Source of the DNA: Laetmonice hystrix | Taxonomy: Eukaryota | Assembly: GCA_965235115.1 (NCBI GenBank) | Contig: OZ249446.1 | Location: 24,180,001-24,244,000, forward strand | DNA length: 64,000 nucleotides | Direction of reading: 5' to 3' | Shown here: positions 1 to 9,777 of the stretch, in pieces | Position numbering within the stretch: the first letter of the stretch is position 1 | Layout: every line of letters starts with the position of its first letter | Program-made: the position numbers and the translations under genes | The notes under the pieces: model-generated | What the model saw: only the letters and a program-made list of their open reading frames with translations | What the model was told of the DNA's origin: nothing | Database searches by the model: none

Positions 1-3000
1 ACGGTGTGAAACTGAGGGGTTGGTTCACACTGCTTCAGTGTCTCGACAGTTGTGTCGGCTACCCTGGCTGCAGCGCCATCGTCTACAACGAGGACGAAAG
101 GTCGTGTTCACACTTCATGAAGTTTACGACAACTCACAACCCCATACAACGTGCCTACTGCTGCCATTACGCTGTGGTAAGGTCCTTACACAAGAATCAT
201 GAGGTTTACGACCACTCCTTCCATACAACCCGCCTACTGCTGCCATTACGCTGTGGTAAGGTTAGACCTTACACAATAATCATGAGGTTTACGACCACTC
301 CCCTCCCCCACACAACCCGCCTACTGCTGCCATTACGCTGTCGTAAGGTTAGACCTTACACAATAATCATGAGGTTTACGACCACTCCCCTCCCCCATAC
401 AACCCACCTACTGCTGCCATTACGCTGTCGTAAGGTTAGACCTTACACAATAATCATGAGGTTTACGACCACTCCCCTCCCCCATACAACCCGCCTACTG
501 CTCCCATTACGCTGTGGTAAGGTTAGACCTTACATCATGTGATTTATAGCTACTCACAAACCAATGTACAATATATGTTGTGAAAAAGAAGACTACAATA
601 TATGCTTGTAAAACAACAAAATTAAGGTTTTTTTGATCAGAAATATATGCCATTTCAGTATTTTAGGAGGGTAAACGCAGATTCAAACATCCCTTATCAC
701 TGTATAATCTTTCACGATCCATGTCTCTGTTTTACTGACGTTTATAACCAAATACAATTTTCTATTTTTACAGTTGGAATGTCTCCGCCCTGTGAAGCAC
801 GTACCCTTCAGACCTCAGCTCTTTACACACAAACCTTTCAGTACAACGTCACCCCCTGAATACAGCCCAGAGCCGACGACTCCGGCCCCCTCGACACGAC
901 ATCATTACACCAACCCTCACGCCAAGAAAACTACTACTCCCCGCTACACCACGCGACCCGCTCCCACCAACGCGCCGCCCTATCCCAAGCCGAAGACGAT
1001 TGGTGTTCACGGTAGGTGGCGCGTCATTGGCAGCTAGGTCAATATGGCGCTGACGTACTACGGTGGCCGAGAATTACAAACCTCCTACGCTGCACATGTT
1101 CGGCGTAAAANNNNNNNNNNNNNNNNNNNNNNNNNNNNNNNNNNNNNNNNNNNNNNNNNNNNNNNNNNNNNNNNNNNNNNNNNNNNNNNNNNNNNNNNNN
1201 NNNNNNNNNNNNNNNNNNNNNNNNNNNNNNNNNNNNNNNNNNNNNNNNNNNNNNNNNNNNNNNNNNNNNNNNNNNNNNGATTCCACATATTAAAGAAAGA
1301 ACTAACTCGTTTTAGGAATGGTGCACACCAGGCTTTAGTAAATACAATATCATCTGTGTTACTTTATTATAGACTACAGTAAATTCTATCTATAGGACAC
1401 AACATAAGGGCTCTTGTATTTGGAAAAACGCTTTTTGGGCTAAACATCAAGTCCATTTAAATAAATAAATATACGAATATATGATTTGAATCGTGCTTAT
1501 GGTACCGGCACATTGTTTCAGGCTGCCCTGGCCCGTTCCTAAAGCAGGAGTTCACTGGTCGACAAGGTGGCATGCCGGTCTGGGACTTGCCTGAAAACAC
1601 CACAGAGAGTTGTCTCAAGTATTGTCTAAACATAGGTGATACCTGCAAGGCGGCTGACTTTGACCACACCACCAACCTGTGTTACTACTTCACCACCGAG
1701 GACCCTATGATGTTACCGACCGGACAGAAGCAGTGTTGTACTCATTATATTAGACTCAACTGTGAGTATCAGACTATATCAGACTCAACTGTGAGTATCA
1801 GACCTGTGCTTTTTTTGGCGTGAGGTGGGGCGGGGGGGGGGGGGGGTGGGACTGTCCTCTTATAATGGCCGTCCAGCTTCGGAAATCCCTCAGTGTACTG
1901 GTACTCTGGGCAGTAGCGTGCGAAGTTCAAGGGGACAAGGAGGGCACTGGCTTGCTAGACCCCATCCCTACCGAAAAATTGAAGAATCTCGATAGAAATA
2001 ATCGGTTTTAAGACACCGGTGTTTTGTGCAAAACGCTCCAGACAGCCTGCCCCTAGAACAAACCGCCTCAATTAACACATTCTGATTTTATTGGTAAAAT
2101 GTTCACCTTATCACCAACATTCTCAGTTGGGAGAGCGTTAGACTGAAGATCTAAAAGTCCCCTGTTCAAAACCTGGTCTGGGCAGATCTTTTCTATTATT
2201 TTGTTTTCAGTATGGTTTGGTAGTTTCTCTCCCCATCTCTCCAAAACGCCTTGACAATTATAGATTACTATTTTATATAATACAATAATATTATATATAT
2301 AATATACTAGTATTTAAACACCTTATATCAAATAGGCCTACCTAATGTTGTCGTATGACAAATGTCGCCTATTTTAAGGCCCTTTCTTCCCATCGTTTAT
2401 GTTTACTTGTGTCTTTCTCTCCCTCCAGGTGACGAGTTGGAGAAGCGGAGTTGTTACGAACACCAACCGTTTATTTTCTTCAGTAACCCGAACGATCATA
2501 ACGTCATCGTGTCGGCCATGCCGCCGCTCAACCCACCTGATCTCTCATTGGTCGACTGTGATGGAGTCTGCTTCCAACATCTCGACTACTGCAAGTTCTA
2601 TTTTCATCCTTTCTGATAAAGTTTTTTTAAGTAGAGTAGAAATACGGCCAACTGTGGGTCAAAACGACAGCAGGCGTCTTGATCACTTTCTGCCAAAGCT
2701 CTGATAACATGGGTGAGACCAAAACGGTTTCGTGGCTAAAACGTGTTTAAAAACTACAAAGTTACGTTTTTAAAAGCTGCATCCACAATGTTATAACTAC
2801 GGTGGCTGGGAAAGGACATCACATGATGATATTTTTCCTGAGGGTTTGATTAACTCAATGTTTTCCCTCAGTGCCAGAGCTCCAGCTGTGAGGTTTTGAT
2901 TTCTCTGATGTTTCTCTCAGTGTCGGAGCTCCAGCTGTGAGGGTTTGATTAACTCAATGTTTTCCCTCAGTGCCAGAGCTCCAGCTGTGAGGGTTTGATT

Positions 3001-6000
3001 TCTCTGATGTTTCCCTCAGTGCCGGAGCTCCAGCTGTGAGGGTTTGATTTCTCTGATGTTTCTCTCAGTGTCGGAGCTCCAGCTGTGAGGATTTGATTTA
3101 TCTCATGCTTTCCCCCAGTGTCGGAGCACCAGCTGTGAGGGTTTGATCTATCTCATGTTTTCCCCCAGTGTCGGAGCTCCAGCTGTGAGGGTTTGATTTC
3201 TCGGAGCTCCAGCTGTGAGGATTTGATTTCTCGGATCTCAAGCTGTGAGGATTTGATTTCTCGGAGCTCCAGCTGTGAGGGTTTGATCTATCTCATGTTT
3301 TCCCCGAGTGTCGGATCTCAAGCTGTGAGGGTTTGATTTATTTCTTTCCCCCAGTGCCGGACGTCCAGTTGTTTACCGTAGAGCGAGGATGTGACCGTAC
3401 ACTGAATGCCGACCGTCACTGGAAGCACTGCGATGTCTCTACCGATCCACTAGACTTTGACAAGGACTGTCGGTGTGGCTTCGATAGATGCAATGGGATC
3501 AACACTGAGGAGTTTGACCGTAAAATCTTGACTCATTTTTATGTTTAATCAAACCTATATTTTTACCATTTTTATACACCCATTTTGTACATGTATTAGG
3601 TTATGTGAAGGTAGTAAGTACAGCCACTCTGCCATTATCCATTGCCGTTCGTAGATCTCTTATGACGGGGTTTTGAGGGATGGGGAGTTGCGCACCAAAC
3701 TGGTGCTATCAGAAGCCTACATATTAGTTTTGTCCACAGACCACTGCCACAGACCTTCATAAGAAGCAGAACTGTCCCAGGCCCTGTCCCTACCACTAAC
3801 CCTTACCCCAGGTTTCGTGAGACGGTACGATGGGCACACTCTCAACTAACTTTCTAACCGAACCTCGTACCCAGATCTCAGCTGTCACTACGCCTTCGAC
3901 AAGAACGTCCTTGACGACTCTGGCTTCCAGCGACACGGCAAACCGACAAACATCACTTACGACCCCGTCAACAGCGCTCGGTCCTACTCGGCCGTTTTCG
4001 ACGGCGTGTCCTCTTTCATCTTCTTCCCGTCCTGGAGACTCGTTCACGTGGAGAAGATTAGCCCTGGAGGACGCCCATTTTTGTCATTCACCCTCGCTAT
4101 GTGGATCAAGAGACCAAGCATCATGTACGGCTACCCTGGAAGTATTGACACGATGACAGTCCTGTCAACAGGGACTAGAGACAACTCGGCCGTTCAGATT
4201 CTCAGCGACATTGAGTTTGCCAACCCTTGGACGCCCGAACACAAGATCCGGGCTTCTGTCTATATCGACAACACACGACACGAGGTGGTAGCAACGGTGA
4301 GTTAATCAGGGGATGACGTCATTAGTAACACTCGGAACCATTCGGCCTTTTCCGCCATGCAGTTTCCGGTCTTCTGAATAATAATAACGCCCTGTAGGCC
4401 TACAATTAATTTTCAACTATGGGCTCAGGACTGCTAGTCATAAACTTAAAGAACTACTAATAGCCTACTACTTACAAATACGGTACAAAGTATGGGGAAC
4501 AGTAAGTTAGTTGTATTATCCTAACGCCAAGATGGCGCCCATAATCGACAATCAGTGAGACCAAATTTTCTAAATTCTTAAGCCACCATCTCAGATAAAA
4601 AAGCATGTATATTAATTGAGCTAACGTAGGCGACAAGTGTTCATGGCTAAGGTCTAGAGGTCAGCTAATTGTACCTTTGGTGGGTTGAAGAATAAATATT
4701 CATCGCATTCCTTTAATATTACATCCAGGCGCCCCTTGACCAGTTTTTCTTCCTGGCATTCCGATTGGACGGTTTCCAGGCCGTACCCCGCCTGACGCTC
4801 GACATTGACTCGTTAGAAGATTTGACACCAGAGGACTCGCTCGAACTTACAAACGGCACCGTAACGGACGGTACGACTCCAATTATCGCTCACCAAAAAT
4901 CTTCGCACTTGTAGTCGCTTAAAGGCGTCCCTCCTAACCGTCGACGTCTATAAATAGCACATCGACCGTTAGGATGACCAGCCTAGCGCACAATGCTGAA
5001 GGACGAGACTGTCGCTTTAAACTTAAGATTCATTGGCTGGGTTTCCGGCCCACGCTATTGTTATGCTTCAGTTTCATATGCCTGAAAATAGGCCTGGTGC
5101 TGCCATCTAGCTGTAACGTTGTCCACACGTTGCCATAGCAACCATCAATTTTTCTTTTCAAAAATTGTTAGAAAAAGTATTTACCATTCACTGCAAAATC
5201 TCACTTACATTCAGGAATTCAATTTCTCAGCTATATCTTTCTCGTGGTCATGAACGTCAATAAAAAAAACACCCACAAAAAAACAAAACAAAATAGAAAC
5301 AAAGACATACACACATTGACCATGAACCTGAAATAATTAATAAATCCTAACTTGAAAATTTACTTTGTAAAATAAATTTTATGTTTTATCATTCAGAAAA
5401 GTTATTTTTTCCATAAAATTCCCTGTAACGAATTTATGTAAAGAAAGCGCCCCTTCGATTGTCTGTGTTCTGGGTTTGTTTCTCTTCCAGAACTAAGCGT
5501 GAATACCCGTGGTCTTTACCTGGGCAAGCAGGCAGCTCCCGTACCTTACCTCTACCCAGACCACTTCTTCAAAGGCCAGCTAGACGACGTAAGGATCGCA
5601 AGACTTTAGTGTATTGTTCCTCTAGATAAAACATTAGTTTTAAACAGTGTACACTGTATAAAATATCTAAACAAACAATGACACATGCATAGGTCCCTTA
5701 TAAATGTTTCTTATGCCTATGTTCCTCTAGATAAATCATTAGTTTTAAGCAGTGTACACTGTATAAAATATCTAAACAAACAATGACACATGCATTGGTC
5801 CCCTTATGTTTCTTACGCCTATTCAGCTTCAGTTCACAAAGGGGGTTATCATAATTATGCCATAAGGGACTAAAGGATGAATACTTTTAGGACACCAGTT
5901 AAAAAAGTATTATTTATATTCTGTTTCAGTTCTTCTGTTACGACAAATCATTGTCTTACCACGCCCTTTTGGCTCTTCGAGATCTCAGCCTGCCGTTGCC

Positions 6001-6004
6001 GTGA
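1..6004 (+). CDS. Gene A (5'-truncated by window edge): secreted mosaic protein PAN - Pro/Thr linker - PAN - three-finger (LU/Ly6-like) - LamG/concanavalin-like domain; 572 codons in window
   Basis: Exons <1-176, 774-1011, 1522-1761, 2429-2590 (GC donor), 3355-3519, 3875-4296, 4729-4870, 5491-5588, 5930-6004 (TGA) splice in one open frame. PAN Cys pattern (CLDSCVGYPGCSAIVYNEDERSC; CLKYCLNIGDTCKAADFDHTTNLC); LU-type end ERGC...CRCGFDRCN; LamG motifs CHYAFDKNVLDDSG, AVFDG, FTLAMWIK, FKGQLDD|FFCYDKSLS. An N gap (1111-1278) lies in intron 2. Confidence 0.85.
116..534 (+). repeat. Tandem repeat of about 83-87 nt units (exon end plus 4 intronic copies), each carrying a GTAAG donor-like site
   Basis: Unit catgaggtttacgaccactcc...cattacgctgt(g/c)gtaaggttagaccttacacaataat starts at 198, 281, 368 and 455; derived from exon end 116-197. 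Confidence 0.95.
1111..1278. other. Assembly gap (N run)
   Basis: Run of N. Confidence 1.
1746..1803 (+). repeat. 29-nt tandem duplication spanning the exon 3' end and GTGAGT donor
   Basis: tatat(t/c)agactcaactgtgagtatcagac at 1746-1774 and 1775-1803. Confidence 0.95.
2112..2184 (+). pseudogene. Degenerate tRNA-Phe(GAA) copy in an intron of gene A
   Basis: ctcagttgggagagcgttagactgaagatctaaa matches the eukaryotic tRNA-Phe D arm and anticodon arm; the acceptor stem and T-loop (GTTCAAAA) are mutated; 73 nt. Confidence 0.75.
2839..3354 (+). repeat. Minisatellite (about 49-50 nt units plus three 30-nt units) ending at the acceptor of exon 3355
   Basis: About a dozen copies of gagggtttgattt...tttccctcagtgYcRgagctccagctgt. 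Confidence 0.95.
5616..5822 (+). repeat. 105-nt tandem duplication in the last intron of gene A
   Basis: gttcctctagataaa...gacacatgcat at 5616 and 5721. Confidence 0.9.
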
Positions 6005-7397
6005 CTGGGACTGAACAGAGCTTTCATATAAAATATTGCTTACCATTTGAGTTTAGGTATTCGCCAAACAACCCTTCTTCCTTGTGTAATGGAGTGTATC
6101 TAGTGTATGTTTCCCTTCCCTTTAGAATAGTAGTTGGTATCATTTGGGATACTATAGGAATCTGATCCTTTAAGAATATTCCATTATTCGAATGGGAAGT
6201 ATATGTGTAGAAGCAGTGAATAAAAAATGCCTTTGAGTTTGATGGTTTATCAGTCTACTGGTGTTGATTCTGAAATAGGCTTTGTACAATGACACATTGC
6301 TATGGAATCGTATATTGTATCATCAAGATATAATGCATCTACTGTAGAGCTTCTCTTTAAGAAAATAACAAAGGTTATGTTAATAAATATGTAGAGGCGT
6401 AGAAAGCTGTCTCCAGTCAGTCAGGACAAGCGAAAAAATTATAATGGTGATCAAAACAGAACAGACTCACAGAATAGGAATACTATGCAAATCACATATT
6501 ATTGAAATGCGCGGGGTCCTCTCCCAATTTTGAATTTGGAGGGCCAGAAACGCTAATTCCCGACATCTGGAGATATAAATTGTGAAGTTTCTCGAAGTAT
6601 TTAGGCAAAGCCTACCAATAATTTCCACTTCTTCAAAGGGGGGGGGGGGTGCCTTTGATCTGCGACTTGTCCTAAACTAAAAAGTTGCGAACAAGGCACA
6701 AGGCAAGGCCTCTATGGAGGTGCATGTCTCTGATAATGCAGGAGTCTATGGAGTATAACAAAGAAAGTCTTAATAGGAACAGAGAGAATAGGCAGCCTTG
6801 TCCCTGTTTGATCACAATGGGGGGGGGGGGGGGTAATTTTTGTTATGGGGGGGGGGGCATGACCCCCATTTTCCTAAGCCACCGCATAAATCACATGTAT
6901 GTGGTACATATGGCTCTACGTATAAACTCCGTTCGTTTTAGACTATATCAATGTTAAAGTTCTGTGATTATGGGTATAGATCAGATTATAGTGTTATGTT
7001 GCCTCCGTCTCTACAATAATTTAATGATAGGAGTTTCGTTTAATAATCATATTTCACATGTGCGTCTCATGCAAACTGTTCGGCATTCGTTGTTAAATAA
7101 ATAAACCTATACCCGAGAAAAAATGTTTTATAGAATATCTCGATACTGTTCGTCATTCAAAGTACATTTTATGGAGTACACTAACGTACTCCAAATACCA
7201 CAACAGAATGCTTTCAATTTGGTCCATCCAGTGCCATGTTCTAAAGCATCAGATTACACAAGCAACTATTTCCCCATGACGTCTTTCCGGCACTCAAGTT
7301 AGGCACTAACTATTTCTATTTAAATGACGTCCAACTATGGGAGCGGTTGGCGATGTCGAGTTTTAAAATGTCGAGTTTGCAACAGTTGTAAAATTGA

Positions 7398-9686
7398 TTA
7401 CAGGTTCTTGTCGATTTGCAGCTGGAGTATGTCCTTCTCCTCGAGGACCGTCTGGAAGAGCTGAACCTGAAAAAAAAATTAAAAAAAATAATAGTGAGAT
7501 AATATTAACGAAATCATATTAATATTTAGACTTGCAATGTAACCTGACTGCTGTTCCTGTTAGGAATGACAGACAATTCTAATTGGAGAAATGAGAGGAA
7601 GTAAGTCCCTTGTCCACTTTTTACTTGTCTGATATCATTTCGAAAGAATTCGACGACTTGAACGAAAATCTATTTAATTTGGCGAACAGATATATTGATT
7701 GTTTCTAAAGGGACACTCACATTACTGAGATATCCAATGAAACCTTTCCCAAATTTGAACGGACGGCTGTTGACGTTTGGCACTGCAATAAATAAAAAAA
7801 ACATTGCATTACTGATCTAATAGATGTATTGGGAGACAATGGGGAGGTGAGAAAATTGTTCTGATGAAAAAAGCAACAATATATATAATGTCGATGTCTA
7901 AGCGAAAATAAAAGTAAGAATGCCTTGCTTCTTGACCCCAACCTACCAGCCTCTATAGGTGAAATGGCCGTCAGCACGCTCTTCGGTTCGATAATGGCTG
8001 GGGGCTCGTCTACTTCCGGTTCTACGTAAAGACGCACCTCCCGTGGTACGGCTGCACAGACGAATGTTACCATCACCCATTCGTCGTTCGGTGCCTTTGG
8101 GATATTACGTTATAATACGTTTTTATTTGTATATAAACTTCTCTCATATTCTACCATGATTTAACAAAACGTTAGGGCAACTCTACAAAAATATAATAAA
8201 AATCTCAAAATATGAAGAGAAGATGCGAATCTCTTGCAGGCTTGTTATTTCTGCTTTTCTTAGATCAGCTTGTGCAATACAACACCGGGGACATAATAAA
8301 CACAATTTATAAAGGAGTAAGAGGGACGTTTTTCTACCTCTTATTTCCTCCAAAGGAATATAAAAATGACGTACCGTTGCATTCACAACATAGGCCACGT
8401 TACTCAGTAGAATTTCAGCCCGAATGATCTGACTGCCATCATCACCGTCTATAGGAAGTGACGTCACGTCCACCGTTCTTAAACCGCCATGACCGTTGCT
8501 GACGAGGCTCATTGCCATCATGCTATTGGTCAGCTTCTTCCTGAACACCCAGAACGTCAAACTGAAGCCCTTGATGACGTTTCCGTCGTCTCGGACGTTG
8601 CCAATGGATACGAGACCCAGTGACGTCACCTGGACGAAGGATTTGCCGTCGAAGCATGCGCCTGTCTGTGTCGGTCGGAACGTTACACCGTGTTTGGCGG
8701 TACCGTGCCGCTCGTAGCCGCTGTAGTCTCGGAAATCCGTGTCCAGAGGGTACAGCGCCAAACGATCTAACAGAGTTTATAAAAGGAATATTCAAAAACT
8801 TCTAAAAGTAGACCCAAGTCAGACGGTATTAGAACTATCTTTGTATTTGTCTTTGGGCTCTACCGTAATAGTGTTTTGGTCAATGGGCTTCCTTTAATTT
8901 TAATGATTTCATACTTGATTTCACATAAAAGATGGTGTTGTGGTGGCTCAGTAAGATAAGGCTGCGACTCATGACCACAGGTCCTGTAACCTCTGGTTTT
9001 GGAACCCTTCGGGCCGGATGTGCGAAGGGTTTTCAATAGCATGCTGTAAGTATGTTGGTTATCCACGGGTGCTTCGGCTTACTGCCGTTGCAGGAGCGTA
9101 CCTAAAGCCCAAATCCAAACGCCAAAAATCCAAACTTACCGAAAAGCGCCAGGACGCTGAGAGAGTTGCAGGAGTCGGACAAACATGTACAGTAGATAAA
9201 GGATCCCTCCTCGCCAAAGTAATCCGACACTTCACATTGCATCCAGCGTCTTGACTTCCGGCGGTCCTCTTCACATCCCCGCTCGATCAATCCGGTGTGG
9301 TCTGTGAATAGAACATTGAATAATGATGTTAGAAAGATAAAGTTGGTTCTTGTGTACAAATGGTGAATTGAAAACGATATGACCCTTACTTTTATTGACC
9401 GTGATCTTGGTGAAACAGTGTCCATAGCAAGCCACGGTGTCGTTAGAGATGTGGCTTGCTGTCACATGGAGACTTTTCTCAATAAGTACCGGGTCGTGAA
9501 CTGCGCATGTCTGCTGTGGTCGCGGGTTTGTGCCTTAAACATAGGAAACCGTGACTTATTGAGTGGAAAAAGTAGGCCTATTCCCTTTATTAGATACAAC
9601 ATATTTATTATAATAGACAGCTCTATTAAAGACTATAATATCATTAGTAGACTTAAATGTTTATAGGTCGGTTTTTAATAGACTCA

Positions 9687-9777
<91 letters not shown>

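Noticed and set aside
1044-1382. ORFs with long X runs (also 18479-18741)
   Set aside because: Artefacts of N gaps.
116-3354. Regular repeat arrays as possible CRISPR arrays
   Set aside because: They are head-to-tail minisatellites without unique spacers, in a eukaryotic intron context, with no cas genes.
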